Assembly (NCBI GenBank): GCA_963717525.1
Contig: OY970343.1
Span: 64,001 to 128,000 of the forward strand
Source: an uncultured Methanoregulaceae archaeon
GTDB lineage: Archaea; Halobacteriota; Methanomicrobia; Methanomicrobiales; Methanospirillaceae
Direction of reading: 5' to 3'
Length of the DNA stretch: 64,000 nucleotides
Shown: positions 23,308-34,188 of the stretch, in pieces
Position numbering within the stretch: position 1 is the stretch's first letter
Layout of the letters: each line of letters opens with the position of its first letter
The notes under the pieces: model-generated
Databases searched by the model: none
Told to the model about the DNA's origin: nothing
Seen by the model: the letters and a program-made list of their open reading frames with translations, nothing else
Translations under genes and position numbers: made by a program

Positions 23308-24596
23308 AACTCCCCCCGCATCTCACGATACGAAACGGGCATCTCCATGTCGGCGGCCATGACTGTGTCTCCCTATCAGAAAAATACGGTACCCCGCTCT
23401 ACGTCACGAGCGAGGACCGGATCTGCGACCATTTCAGGGCATACCAGCAGGCTCTCTCCTCACGGTACCCGAACGTCCAGGTGCTCTTTGCGGCAAAGGC
23501 AAACGGCAATCTCGCGGTGATGAGGGCACTGGCACAGCTGGGTGCCGGGGCAGATGTCTTCTCCGGCGGCGAACTCGCGCTTGCCCGTGAGGCCGGCATG
23601 CCGGCAAAAAAACTGCTCTTCAACGGCAGTTCAAAGACGAAGAGCGACCTTGCGCTTGCCGTGCAGCATGGCGTGAAAGTCTCGGTCGACTCCCTTGACG
23701 AGCTTCACCAGCTCGACGCGGTGGCACGGGAGGCCAAAAAAGTCGCTGAGATCTCGTTCCGGGTCAACCCTGCGCTCGAAGTTCCGACCCACCCGAAGAT
23801 AGCAACCGGTCTTGCCACAAGCAAGTTCGGGATCCCCCATGGCCAGATCCCGGCCGCATATAAGGAGGCCCTCTCCTGCAAACACGTCAGACCGGTCGGT
23901 ATTCACTGCCATATCGGGTCGCAGATCCTTGACGTGGAGCCGTTTGCACGGGCCGCAAAAGTGATGGTCAGGATCGCACAGGAGCTCGCCGGGATGGGCG
24001 TGAAGCTCGAGTTCCTCGATCTCGGCGGCGGCCTTGGCGTCCCCTACCATCACGATACCGACCCGGCGCCGACACCGGAGGACTACGCAAACGCGGTTAT
24101 GCCGGTCTTCCTTGCCGGGATCAAAGCGGCCGGGATAACGCCGGAGCTCTGGGTCGAGCCGGGCCGGTACCTTGTCGCCGATTCGACGGTAATCCTCACC
24201 CGGGTCAACTCGACAAAGACCGCACACAAGCGGTTTGCAAACGTGGACGCCGGTTTCAACCTGCTCATCCGGCCTGCGATGTACGATGCCTATCACGAAG
24301 TGATTGTGGCGAACCGTGCTGACGCCCCCCTGACAACCGAATATACCGTCACCGGGCCCATCTGCGAGACCGGCGATATCCTTGCTGCCGACCGGAAGCT
24401 GCCGGAACTTGCCGCGGGCGACCTGATCGCGGTGCTGGATGCCGGGGCTTATGGGTATGCCATGTCCTCGCAGTACAACGGACGTCCCCGTTGCCCTGAA
24501 GTGCTGGTCCACGGGAACGAAACCGCGCTCATGCGTCGCGGCGAGACCCTTGCAGACCTGACCAGTACCATGGTGCACCCGCCCTGGCAGCGGTAA
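23304..24596 (+). CDS. lysA: Diaminopimelate decarboxylase
   Basis: FAAKAN, SKFG, HIGSQI, EPGRY, GPICETGD, GAYG motifs. Confidence 0.95.
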   Translation: MKLPPHLTIRNGHLHVGGHDCVSLSEKYGTPLYVTSEDRICDHFRAYQQALSSRYPNVQVLFAAKANGNLAVMRALAQLGAGADVFSGGELALAREAGMPAKKLLFNGSSKTKSDLALAVQHGVKVSVDSLDELHQLDAVAREAKKVAEISFRVNPALEVPTHPKIATGLATSKFGIPHGQIPAAYKEALSCKHVRPVGIHCHIGSQILDVEPFARAAKVMVRIAQELAGMGVKLEFLDLGGGLGVPYHHDTDPAPTPEDYANAVMPVFLAGIKAAGITPELWVEPGRYLVADSTVILTRVNSTKTAHKRFANVDAGFNLLIRPAMYDAYHEVIVANRADAPLTTEYTVTGPICETGDILAADRKLPELAAGDLIAVLDAGAYGYAMSSQYNGRPRCPEVLVHGNETALMRRGETLADLTSTMVHPPWQR

Positions 24597-24611
24597 GAAG
24601 GGAGGCCGCCC

Positions 24612-25922
24612 GTGGTACTCTTCCACTACGCGCTTGTCGATGACCTTATCACCCCGGAAGAGTTCGAACGGCGCGTGGAGGAAAAGATCGACGAGTGCGG
24701 GGATCTCCTCGATGAGCCGACCGCTGCGATGCTCGTGGTCGGGGCGCTTGGAAGGCAGCACGTTAAGATCCGGGCCCTTTCCGGGAAATCCAGTCTGTTC
24801 TGCTTTTTTGCCCGGGTGATCGACAAGACCGAGCCCAGAGAGTTCGACCGCAGGGACGGGGAGAAGGGCTGGGTCGCGACACTTCTGGTGGGCGATGAGA
24901 CCGGGACCACCCGGGTCGTGCTCTGGGACGAGAGGGCAGGCGCTGTGCTCGAGATCGCGATCGGCGACGTACTGGAAGTGATCGGGAGGCACCCGGGGAA
25001 GAACATGCGGGAGATCTACGCGCTTGCCTTACGCAAAGCCAGCTGCGAGATCACATGCACCGCGACTGCCGGCGGGAACGCGGCAGGACTGTCCACCGAA
25101 CCAGTCGATCTCGATGTGATCCTGGTCGGTATGGATGCACCCCGCACATTTACCCGCCGCGACGGGACGACCGGGGAGATGATGGAGTGCGTGATCGGCG
25201 ATGCAGAGGGTACGGCCCGCGTTGTTGCGTGGGTGCCGGACCTGCTCCGGGATATCCCCGCCGGGAGCACGATCCACATCACGGGTGCAAAACCTGACCG
25301 CCGCTCAGAGGGCCGGGCCTACTGCATCGACGAGACCTGCACGGTTAGCCGTTCCGATACCCTTGTCACGATCCCCTTTGCTGCGCTCGCATCGGTCAGC
25401 GATACCGGCACGTACTCCGTGCGGGGCGAGGTGAAGGCAGTGCAGGAACCCCGGTCGTTTACTTCCCGGGACGGGACGGCTTCGTGGGTGCGGAATATCC
25501 GCATCGGAGACGGCGATGAGGAACTCAAAGTCGTTCTCTGGGGAGAGAAGGCGCTGGTGCCGGTGCTGCCCGGCGATCGTGTCGAGATCTTCCATGCGGC
25601 GGCAAAACCCGGCCGGTTCGGGGGCATCGAGCTCGGGGTGGGCCGGGGAAGTGTCCTGCGGATACCGCACGAAGAATCCCGGGCGATCACGTTTACCGGG
25701 ACGATTATTCCCGGGAACGGGTGCACGTTTATCGACGATGGAACAGAGCGGTTCCTTGTCACCGGGGACCTTCCGGCCGGGCATGATGTACGGATCACGG
25801 GAGTGCTGTGCGGGAGCCGCATCATCCCGGAGGTCGTGGAACCGGCAGATAAAGACCCGGATCAGGTGGCAGCCCGCCTCGCCGCCCTTGCCGCCCGGCT
25901 GGATACCCCGGCACCGCCATAA
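24612..25922 (+). CDS. rpa: Replication protein A-like multi-OB-fold ssDNA-binding protein
   Basis: Three repeats of R-x-F-x-RRDG...GD.TG..RVVLW; adjacent to radA. Confidence 0.85.
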   Translation: MVLFHYALVDDLITPEEFERRVEEKIDECGDLLDEPTAAMLVVGALGRQHVKIRALSGKSSLFCFFARVIDKTEPREFDRRDGEKGWVATLLVGDETGTTRVVLWDERAGAVLEIAIGDVLEVIGRHPGKNMREIYALALRKASCEITCTATAGGNAAGLSTEPVDLDVILVGMDAPRTFTRRDGTTGEMMECVIGDAEGTARVVAWVPDLLRDIPAGSTIHITGAKPDRRSEGRAYCIDETCTVSRSDTLVTIPFAALASVSDTGTYSVRGEVKAVQEPRSFTSRDGTASWVRNIRIGDGDEELKVVLWGEKALVPVLPGDRVEIFHAAAKPGRFGGIELGVGRGSVLRIPHEESRAITFTGTIIPGNGCTFIDDGTERFLVTGDLPAGHDVRITGVLCGSRIIPEVVEPADKDPDQVAARLAALAARLDTPAPP

Positions 25923-26002
25923 GATCACTTTCACCCTGCGCACGGCCCCGGGTTATATGGGTGGTGTTAAAATGTTGTTGTGCCATAGGAGATGTACAAG
26001 AA

Positions 26003-26979
26003 ATGGCTGACAAAGCACTGGATATAGAAGATTTACCCGGCGTCGGACCAAGCACTGCCGACAAGCTTCGCGAAGCAGGCTACCTTTCCGTCGAGAGCAT
26101 CGCAACTGCCTCACCTGCAGAACTCTCCGAGATCACCGAGATCTCAGAGTCCACAGCGAAGAAGATCATCAAGGCGGCCCGCGAATCCGCAGATATCGGC
26201 GGTTTCAAGACCGGAAAAGACATTTTCGAGCAGAGAAAGGACATCAGGAAGCTCTCGTTCCGGGTCCCGGAGCTCGACGCGCTCCTCGGTGGCGGCCTGG
26301 AAACCCAAGCGATCACCGAGATGTACGGTGAGTTTGGTTCCGGTAAAAGCCAGATCGTCCACCAGATGGCAGTCAACGTCCAGCTGCCCGAAGAGCAGGG
26401 CGGCCTTAATGGCAGTGTGATCTATATCGATACCGAGAACACGTTCCGCCCCGAGCGTATCGAGCAGATGGTCAAGGGTCTTGGCATCGATGACATCCCG
26501 GATTCCCAGGAGTTCCTGGACAATATCCATATCGCCCGGGCTCACACGTCCGATCACCAGATGCTTCTCGTGGAGAACTCCCGGGATCTCGCAAACGAAC
26601 TCAAATCCAGCGATAAGCCGGTAAAACTCTTCATTATCGATTCGCTCACCGCCCATTTCCGGTCCGAGTACGCAGGCCGGGTACGCTTGCCGCACGGCAG
26701 CAGAAACTGAACCGGCACATGCACGATCTCTTCAAGCTCATCGATGAACACAACGCCGTCGGGCTTGTCACGAACCAGGTCATGTCCAACCCCGCTGTGT
26801 TCTTTGGCGATCCGACAAAACCCATCGGGGGGAATATCGTTGGCCACACGGCAACCTTCCGGCTCTACCTCAGGAAGAGCAAGGCCGGCAAACGTATCGC
26901 CCGTCTCGTGGACAGCCCCAACCTTCCCGAGGGAGAAGCACCATTCATGGTTGAAGAGGCGGGACTCAAACCGTGCTGA
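26003..26979 (+). CDS. radA: DNA repair/recombination protein RadA; apparent frameshift near 26680
   Basis: [39 protein letters not shown] motifs; one G missing in GRG(T)LAARQQK. Confidence 0.95.
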
Positions 26980-27671
26980 AGGCGATCCTGACAGATGTTG
27001 ACGGAACTATAACGGACCCCGCCCGCAGGATAGACACCGGGGCGATCGAGGTTATCCGATCGCTTGTAGATGACGGGGTCGAGGTTGTCCTTGCGAGCGG
27101 GAATACCTCCTGTTTCATGGATGCCCTTTGCAAAACGATAGGCACCGGGGGGTCATTTATTGCGGAGAACGGGGGTGTATACCGTGTCGGGTACACCGGT
27201 ACCCTCCGCCTCGACGGCGATCAGGGTGTCTGCCGCACCGCTCTTGAAACCGTGCAGGCCCATTACCGGAAGAAGGGGATCGAACTGGAACTCTACAACC
27301 CCACGTACCGGTATACAGATCTTGCCTTTGCCCGGACCGTGCCGGCTGAAGAGGTACTGCAGGTGCTCGCCGGCCAACCGGTACAGGTGATCGACACCGG
27401 GTTTGCCATCCATCTCCAGTCAGAAGGTGTCAGCAAGGGGACCGCCCTTCTTGCGCTCGCAGATGACCTGGACCTCTCCCCAAAAGACTTTTTTGCTATC
27501 GGTGACGGGATCAACGATGTCCAGATGCTTCAATGGGCCGGCCGGGGCGTGACGATAGCGAATGCCCACCCGGCAACAAAAACGGCGGCATCCGATGTTA
27601 TGGAAGAAGCGTACGGGAAGGGCTTTGTACAAGCCACAAAAAAGTATAGGTCTTATTTTCGGGCAATGTAG
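26973..27671 (+). CDS. HAD-family phosphoglycolate phosphatase
   Basis: DVDGTIT, LASGN, AENGG, SKG, GDGINDV motifs. Confidence 0.88.
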   Translation: MLKAILTDVDGTITDPARRIDTGAIEVIRSLVDDGVEVVLASGNTSCFMDALCKTIGTGGSFIAENGGVYRVGYTGTLRLDGDQGVCRTALETVQAHYRKKGIELELYNPTYRYTDLAFARTVPAEEVLQVLAGQPVQVIDTGFAIHLQSEGVSKGTALLALADDLDLSPKDFFAIGDGINDVQMLQWAGRGVTIANAHPATKTAASDVMEEAYGKGFVQATKKYRSYFRAM

Positions 27672-27907
27672 CGATCGACGACGATATAGTCCTTGATATC
27701 CTTTACCGATTCGAAGGGGATGACCAGCAGGTTACCGTCTTCCAGGGCGTAACCGTCGGTGACAAAGGACTGGTCCGGGTGGACGATCAGGTCGAGGACC
27801 TGCCCGGAATCGAAATCGACCCTGAGGTTTTTGAGCGTCCCGATGAGCTTGCCATCGTTGCTCATTATCTTTTTACGCGAGAGGCTGCGGGCAAATGTAC
27901 GAGTCAT
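27653..27907 (-). CDS. PRC-barrel domain protein
   Basis: IMSNDGKLIGTL and IPFESVKDIKDYIVV motifs. Confidence 0.85.
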   Translation of the reverse strand: MTRTFARSLSRKKIMSNDGKLIGTLKNLRVDFDSGQVLDLIVHPDQSFVTDGYALEDGNLLVIPFESVKDIKDYIVVDRYIARK

Positions 27908-28074
27908 AAAAAAAATGACGATGTATTAATATTTAAAGTGTTCTGAAATGGCGGGGCATAACAGGTTATTTTGAGAATTTAATCCGACTTTTTCGTTCTT
28001 TTTTGCGCGCGGCCTGTATACGCAAACGCAGCCTCTCCTGTGCCGGGACAATTCCGCTTTGGGAACGGGAGAGA

Positions 28075-28953
28075 TCAGAGCGAGGGAAAGACCCGGATGA
28101 TATCAGACTGGGTGAGGATCCCGACCGGCTTCCCGTTCTCGGTCACTACCAGCCGCCCGATCTCGCGTTCCTTGAAGCGCCGGATCACATCGAAGAGCTT
28201 GATATCCGACGGTGCCTGGACCACGTCACGGGTCATAACCGACGGGAGAGTGGTGTCGAGGGGCAGGTCGTGGTCGAGCGCTTTTGCAATATCGCCCATG
28301 GTGACGATGCCGGCAAGGTAGTCCCCGTCGAGGACCGGTGCCCCGTGGATGCGTTCCCGGTGGAAGAGGGCAACGGCATCCCGGATCGTCTGGGTACTGG
28401 CGAGCGTCTTGAGCGGGGTGCTCATGTATGCCTTGATCGGCTGTTTGGGAAGTGAGATCATCTCCGATGTGGCGATGAGAAGCGACTGCTTGGACTCGTC
28501 TTTCCCAAAGACCTCCCCCCGGATCATGAGCTTGTTTACCGGGGTCGGGCCGATCGTGATCCTGTCACCGATCTCGAAGATCTTGGCACTGCCGATGAGC
28601 TTGATGACCGCGTGGCAGATGTCCGGGTGGCAGAGCGTGGTAAAATCGATCTCCTGCACGTGAGCCCCTTTGATCTTCTCGCCGTCACGGCTGATAGGGA
28701 CATCGTAGTCCCCCTCGGAGATATTCAGGTTGAGCTCATTGTAGGCGAGCTGGGTGGGGATGTACCCTCCTTTCGGGCCGGGGACACCGTCCACGAGGCC
28801 GACCGCTTTGAGGGACTGCATCTGGTTCCTGACCGTGCCCGGGTTCCTCTGGATCATATCCGCGATCTCCTCACCCTTGATGGAATGGGACTGCTGGTGG
28901 TAAAGGGTGATGAGGGTGATGAGGATATCCTTCTGGATCAGGGACAGCTCCAT
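28075..28953 (-). CDS. HTH plus CBS-pair transcriptional regulator
   Basis: RNPGTVRNQMQSLK..GLVDGVPGPKGGY winged HTH; two C-terminal CBS domains. Confidence 0.88.
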   Translation of the reverse strand: MELSLIQKDILITLITLYHQQSHSIKGEEIADMIQRNPGTVRNQMQSLKAVGLVDGVPGPKGGYIPTQLAYNELNLNISEGDYDVPISRDGEKIKGAHVQEIDFTTLCHPDICHAVIKLIGSAKIFEIGDRITIGPTPVNKLMIRGEVFGKDESKQSLLIATSEMISLPKQPIKAYMSTPLKTLASTQTIRDAVALFHRERIHGAPVLDGDYLAGIVTMGDIAKALDHDLPLDTTLPSVMTRDVVQAPSDIKLFDVIRRFKEREIGRLVVTENGKPVGILTQSDIIRVFPSL

Positions 28954-28999
28954 AACGATAAGACGTATCACACTCTATGAATATATAGGTTGGAGTTTT

Positions 29000-29992
29000 G
29001 TGGAATTCGAACGTATGCCTACCGTGCCCACCGCCGATGAGATCCTTGACCGGAGTTTCCGCCGTGCAGCAAAGAAGATGAAAGAGAAACTCAACAAGGA
29101 CCGGGCAAACGAGGAGTTTGTGCGGGCCGTCGGTGCAGCTATCCACGACCGGCTGGTCTACATCATCCGGGGATTCCCCGAGTTTGAGAAGATCCCGCCG
29201 TTTTACCGTGAGATGGCAGAGATCCTCTACGGGGTCGATAACATCAAGCAGTCCCTCGGGGCGGTCGGCTGGGCGGCCAAGCATACCAAGATGGTAGGCC
29301 ACGAGATAGCCATACAGTCCCGGCGATCCACGGAAACCCTCGTGCTCCGGAAACGAGCGGTCGCACGCCTCGCCTCCATGGTCCACCAGATCGATAAGGA
29401 TCTGCTGTTCTTAAACAAGGTACGGAACACCCTGCGGAAGCTGCCCCATGTCGAGGATGCGTTCACGGTCGTGATCGCGGGATACCCCAACGTGGGCAAG
29501 TCCTCGTTCATCCGGCTTGTTTCATCGGCGACACCCGAGATCGCGTCCTACCCATTCACGACAAAAGGCGTGATCGTCGGGCTCCGGGAGCAGGGACGGG
29601 ACCGGATCCAGTTCGTGGATACGCCGGGGATCCTCGACCGGCCTGCAGACGAGAGAAACCCGATCGAGCGGCAGGCCCTTTCCGCGATAATGAACGTGGC
29701 AAGCGTGATCCTCTTCATCCTCGACCCGTCCGAGCACTGCGGGTACCCGATGGAGATGCAGCTGCGCCTCCTTGATGAGGTAAAAGGCATGGTGAACGTA
29801 CCGCTCGTGGTCGTGGCAAACAAGTCCGATCTCAGGGTGCAGGAAGGCTTCCGTGCCATGTCCACCGAGACCAAAGACGGGGTGAATGCGGTGCTCGAAG
29901 AGCTCCTCAGCCACCGCCCGGCCTGGCTTGCCTCACGCAAAGCCAATGAGAGCCCAGCCGATAAAAAACCCGAGGATAGTCCCGCCGTTTAA
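29000..29992 (+). CDS. NOG1-family GTP-binding protein
   Basis: GYPNVGKSS, YPFTTK, DTPGILDR, NKSD motifs. Confidence 0.9.
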   Translation: MEFERMPTVPTADEILDRSFRRAAKKMKEKLNKDRANEEFVRAVGAAIHDRLVYIIRGFPEFEKIPPFYREMAEILYGVDNIKQSLGAVGWAAKHTKMVGHEIAIQSRRSTETLVLRKRAVARLASMVHQIDKDLLFLNKVRNTLRKLPHVEDAFTVVIAGYPNVGKSSFIRLVSSATPEIASYPFTTKGVIVGLREQGRDRIQFVDTPGILDRPADERNPIERQALSAIMNVASVILFILDPSEHCGYPMEMQLRLLDEVKGMVNVPLVVVANKSDLRVQEGFRAMSTETKDGVNAVLEELLSHRPAWLASRKANESPADKKPEDSPAV

Positions 29993-30835
29993 AGGCGGGA
30001 GACCGGCCTGCGGGCGTCCTGACATGACAAAGTGGAGCAGGACAACAAGGCCGGCGATGGAGCCGATCATCGCCCCGAGCGCCGGCAGGTTGAAGAGTCC
30101 GAAATATTTTACCCCACCGGTGAAGACGTTTGCAGAGACGACGAGCACCGAGGGCATGATCATGTCGCCCATGCCGATGATAAACGCGGACCGCTCCCCG
30201 CCGTCACCCAGTTTCCCGATTCCCTCTTTGATGAACGAGTAATCCCGCTTTTTGGGGATGACAAAGAGGATCGGCGTTTTCAAATCGATGACGCCTTCGG
30301 CAAGGGTGATCATATGTTTGGTCTTGTAGACCGAGATCGCGTCGTAGACCGCGAGGATTACGAGCAGCACGATGACCGGGATAGTGCCCAGCGAGACACC
30401 GAAGATGGAGGCGACACCGGCCGCAAGGAGGATCCCGAGGGCGTCTATGACGTACCACTCCGGGTATTTGTACAAAAGCACCGTCGCTGCCACGGCGAGT
30501 GCCAGCATGGCCGCGATCTCTGCATCCCCCGGCCCGACAAACAGCGGCACGATTGCGGCAAAGGTGTAGACAAATGTAAGAAAAATGGAGAGCCCGATCA
30601 CCCATGCAATCACGTTCTTCTTGCCGTACCTGATCAGTACGAGGAGAAAGGCCGTAAAACCGAGGAGGATTGCAATAAAGATGAGCGGATCGGCGAGGGA
30701 CTGGGGGTCCTGGAACGCGGCAAGGCCGGCGGCCTGGACCGGGAGCGAGAGGGCGAGGGAACCCAGTTCCACGATGACAAGGATCGCGGGCATCACAAGG
30801 AACGGGATGTATTTCTTTACGTCGCTGGTATCCAT
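29933..30835 (-). CDS. Presenilin-family intramembrane aspartyl protease (PSH)
   Basis: YDAI, GMGD and AGLPPL (PAL-equivalent) motifs within TM helices. Confidence 0.92.
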   Translation of the reverse strand: MDTSDVKKYIPFLVMPAILVIVELGSLALSLPVQAAGLAAFQDPQSLADPLIFIAILLGFTAFLLVLIRYGKKNVIAWVIGLSIFLTFVYTFAAIVPLFVGPGDAEIAAMLALAVAATVLLYKYPEWYVIDALGILLAAGVASIFGVSLGTIPVIVLLVILAVYDAISVYKTKHMITLAEGVIDLKTPILFVIPKKRDYSFIKEGIGKLGDGGERSAFIIGMGDMIMPSVLVVSANVFTGGVKYFGLFNLPALGAMIGSIAGLVVLLHFVMSGRPQAGLPPLNGGTILGFFIGWALIGFA

Positions 30836-30893
30836 GATGGTGTCTCCGGAGGGATAGTTAGCTTAATGATGTGCGCTCTCATCATCTAAAAGC

Positions 30894-31208
30894 ATGGACA
30901 TTCCCGAGTATCTCCCCGACATCCTGCTCACGGCCATCATGGTGATTTCGACCATCTTTCTCATCCTGCGGTTCTGGCAGGACGTTACCATTGCCATTGC
31001 CGCCGCCCTCATGATGCTTGCGCTGGGCGGGCTTTTCCTGTCCCTCCAGATCAAGGTGCGGAACCTCGAAACGAACGTGATCACCCGGGAGCGCATGCTG
31101 CGCTCGAACCTTGAGGAGATCTCCACCCGCATGACCCAGAAATACGACCAGACCACCAACCACCTGGACGAGCTTGTCGGCGAGTTCTCGAAACGGGTGT
31201 ACAAATAA
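30894..31208 (+). CDS. Small membrane protein with C-terminal coiled coil
   Basis: Two TM segments and a heptad-rich tail; upstream of fen. Confidence 0.7.
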   Translation: MDIPEYLPDILLTAIMVISTIFLILRFWQDVTIAIAAALMMLALGGLFLSLQIKVRNLETNVITRERMLRSNLEEISTRMTQKYDQTTNHLDELVGEFSKRVYK

Positions 31209-31249
31209 GAGTCCGGGCTGCCAGACGGTACGGCAGGAGATAACGGGCC

Positions 31250-32251
31250 ATGGGTGTCGCACTCCGGGATATCATCGCAGACTACAAGACGCCGGTTACC
31301 TGGGAGGGTCTTTCCGGGGTGGCTGCGGTCGATGCGAACAACGCGCTCTACCAGTTTTTGACCATCATCCGGCAGCCTGACGGGACGCCGCTGATGGACC
31401 ATCACGGGAGGGTGACTTCGCACCTCTCGGGGATCCTCTTCCGGATGGTCAACTTCCTTGAGAAAGGGATAAAGCCGGTCTTTGTCTTTGACGGGAAACC
31501 CCCCGAGCTCAAGGAGGCGACGATTGCCGTGCGCCGGAAGAGCCGGGACGAGGCCGGGGAGAAGTGGAAGGAGGCCATCGAGCGTGGCGACGAGGAGGAG
31601 GCGTACAAACAGGCCCGGTCCTCGACCCGGGTGGACGAGACGATCCTTAAGACCTCCCGGGAACTGCTCGACCTGATGGGCATCCCGTATGTCCAGGCCG
31701 CCGGGGAAGGGGAGGCGCAGGCCGCGTTTATGGTGCAGCAGGCCGAAGCCCGGTTCGCGGTCTCGCAGGACTACGACACGCTGCTCTTTGGTACGCCCAC
31801 GCTCGTGCGGAACCTCACCGTGAGCGGGAAGCGCAAGATCCGGGGCCGGGTCATCTCCGTCAGCCCGGAACGGGTGGTGCTTGCCGATGTGCTCGCCGGC
31901 CTGCACCTGACCCGGGAGCAGCTGATCCAGGTGGGGATCCTTGTCGGGACAGACTTCAACCCGGGTGCCGAAGGCGTGGGAGCGAAGACGGCCCTGAAGA
32001 TCGTGCAGAAGGGTGAATTTGCGGCAAAACTCGCGGAGAAATGCCCGGGGTTTGACCCGGAGCCGGTGATGGAGCTCTTCCTGCGCCCGCCGGTGACGAC
32101 CGGGTATACGCTTGCGTGGAGTCACCCGGACGTAGAAGGGATCAAACGGATGCTCTGCGACGGGTACGATTTTGCCGTGGAAAGGGTCGACGCGGCGCTC
32201 GAACGGTACACGGTAAAATCCGGGCAGAAGACGCTTGAGAGCTGGTTCTGA
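31250..32251 (+). CDS. fen: Flap endonuclease 1
   Basis: DANNALYQFL, EGEAQAA, SQDYD, GTDFN motifs; C-terminal PIP box QKTLESWF. Confidence 0.96.
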   Translation: MGVALRDIIADYKTPVTWEGLSGVAAVDANNALYQFLTIIRQPDGTPLMDHHGRVTSHLSGILFRMVNFLEKGIKPVFVFDGKPPELKEATIAVRRKSRDEAGEKWKEAIERGDEEEAYKQARSSTRVDETILKTSRELLDLMGIPYVQAAGEGEAQAAFMVQQAEARFAVSQDYDTLLFGTPTLVRNLTVSGKRKIRGRVISVSPERVVLADVLAGLHLTREQLIQVGILVGTDFNPGAEGVGAKTALKIVQKGEFAAKLAEKCPGFDPEPVMELFLRPPVTTGYTLAWSHPDVEGIKRMLCDGYDFAVERVDAALERYTVKSGQKTLESWF

Positions 32252-32373
32252 GATCCTGGTGCGCCTGCGGTTGATGCCCCCCTTCACTTTGTTGGAATTC
32301 TCCCATCAACCGCCACCGTACCAGCCCCGGATTTTACAAAGAGTTAATATAGCACAATTTTCCTTTTACCATT

Positions 32374-32664
32374 ATGGCGATACATGATAAATTAAAAGAC
32401 GATTATGAAGTCATAAAAAGCGACATTATAATTCCGCTCTACTGGATAATTGGTTTGATGCTGGTGGTGAGCGGCTATATTCTCATTACATCGGCATCAC
32501 CCAACGTTGAGGGTGGTTTTGCCTGTATGGCGTTAGGATTTGTTCTCGTTATTATTGGTCTGAACAAATTCTCCAATGCCGAATCAAAAAAGAAAATGGC
32601 TGAAATCCAGCACACCCTCAATAAAATGGAAAAAGACCTCCAGGAACTCAAAGGCAGGCAGTAG
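32374..32664 (+). CDS. Hypothetical two-TM protein with coiled-coil tail
   Basis: 96 aa AT-rich ORF. Confidence 0.6.
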   Translation: MAIHDKLKDDYEVIKSDIIIPLYWIIGLMLVVSGYILITSASPNVEGGFACMALGFVLVIIGLNKFSNAESKKKMAEIQHTLNKMEKDLQELKGRQ

Positions 32665-32794
32665 GGGATTTAACGAAGGGTAACGGAACTTTTTAGGCTT
32701 TGATTGTTCCTTCTGCATCTGCCATCTGCCCTCACCGGCAGATCTCCGCGGGTTCGTTCTTGGGTTCGAATCCGGATGCTCGCATGGAGGGAGT

Positions 32795-34160
32795 GGGATA
32801 TATGGTATTCCCAAAAAATGCCACTCTTGTAATAATTGCTGCACATGATAGCAACGGCTCTGCAATTGCGGAGCGCTCATTTTACTTTCACATCGCGTTA
32901 TCATCCTTTTATGGTAATTAAAAAATTAGAATAATACTAGCGGAGGGATTATGGAGATATTTCATGAGATGAAAAAATATCAAACAAACAAATCAGGAAA
33001 TATTACTCAAATGTCCATCCCATTAAAGCCAAATGACGATGGAATGGTTGGAAGAGAATGTCCGAATACAGATTGCATTTTAAAATATTTTCAGATCGGA
33101 CAATCGATTCCAGACGAATTCTTGAAAAATGGAAACAATCTGTCAGATAGCAATATTACCTGTCCCTATTGCGGTCATGTCGATCATTTTCAAAAGTTCC
33201 ATTCTGAAGATCATAAAAAATGGATTGAATCAATGATACATCGGGACATGGCAATAACAATCCAAAATATGCTTCAAAATACTGTGAAAGGATTCAAATC
33301 TTCGTCAAATTCTGGATTTTCATGTTCAATGTCGTTTAAACCGGGGCCCTTGCCAAATGTGCGTTATTATACAGAAGAAAAGTTGAAACGAAAAGTAATC
33401 TGTGATAACTGCGGGTTCCAATATGCAGTCTATGGAATATCATTTCATTGTCCGTTTTGCGGAAAAGGGAATTTACAGATCCATCTTACCCGAAATGTGG
33501 AAATCACTCGTGTTTTGATCGAAGAGAGCATAAAATTACAGTCGGAACAAATGGATGTTGCCCAAAGAATGATTGGAAATGCTTTAGAGGATGTCGTTGG
33601 CATCTTTGAAGGATTTCATAAAAACATTTATGTTTACGGGATTCATCACAAATTTTCAAAAGAGGATGCCGACAAAAAAGAAGAGCGGATTAAGGTAACA
33701 TTTCAGCGACTAGATGGCGCACAAAAACTTATGCTAACTGATCTGCAATATGACATTTTCTCAAGTATTTCTAATGAGGATAGATTATTTCTTGAAGAAC
33801 AATTCCTAAAAAGGCATGTTTTAACTCATAACCTAGGGCTTGTTGATGAAAAATATCTCGAAAAAGCAAATTACTATTCGAAACAGGGTTCTGAACTGGA
33901 AATTTTACCGGCAGATGTTTCACGCGCTTTAGAAATTGTCACCTCAATTGTTGGGAGAACTTCTCAACATATCATTATAGAAAAATAATTTTTATATCCC
34001 CTCCTTTCAGCACATCGCGAGTAACCGCCTAACCGCCCCCGTCGTAATGTTGATCTCGCCGAACTTTCGTATCCGGGTCTTGATCCGCTGGAAGGTCTTG
34101 CGATCAACCCCGGATTTTTCTGCATCGCATTGCCACATCAACGAATATATTCCATTTATC
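32795..34160. mobile_element. Probable casposon-like element relic (one terminal repeat, cargo gene, polB-like tail)
   Basis: tRNA-3'-like site ending CGCA, then GGGATATA...CAAAAAATGC starting 14 nt from that CGCA, AT-rich cargo, HTH-like fragment at 34007-34140; resemblance to casposons is from memory. Confidence 0.45.
32951..33988 (+). CDS. AT-rich multi-Zn-ribbon protein with C-terminal HEPN-like domain
   Basis: CPNTDC, CPYCG, CDNCG, CPFCG Cys pairs; R-x4-H motif in FLKRHVLTHNLG. Confidence 0.7.
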   Translation: MEIFHEMKKYQTNKSGNITQMSIPLKPNDDGMVGRECPNTDCILKYFQIGQSIPDEFLKNGNNLSDSNITCPYCGHVDHFQKFHSEDHKKWIESMIHRDMAITIQNMLQNTVKGFKSSSNSGFSCSMSFKPGPLPNVRYYTEEKLKRKVICDNCGFQYAVYGISFHCPFCGKGNLQIHLTRNVEITRVLIEESIKLQSEQMDVAQRMIGNALEDVVGIFEGFHKNIYVYGIHHKFSKEDADKKEERIKVTFQRLDGAQKLMLTDLQYDIFSSISNEDRLFLEEQFLKRHVLTHNLGLVDEKYLEKANYYSKQGSELEILPADVSRALEIVTSIVGRTSQHIIIEK

Positions 34161-34188
34161 CAACCTCTCCCTGACATTTTTTCAAAAG

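Noticed and set aside
23631..24992. Long antisense ORFs (also 7301-8008, 17913-19010, 30863-32287, 50893-51906, 53892-54968)
   Set aside because: Shadow frames of well-supported genes in GC-rich sequence, with no recognisable motifs.
22160..26979. Programmed frameshifting or Sec/Pyl recoding in dapL and radA
   Set aside because: The breaks are missing single bases in G runs, not in-frame TGA/TAG, and no slippery heptamers are present.
32700..32784. Intact tRNA gene
   Set aside because: Only a mismatched T-arm and 3' end are present; no 5' acceptor strand, D arm or anticodon arm upstream.
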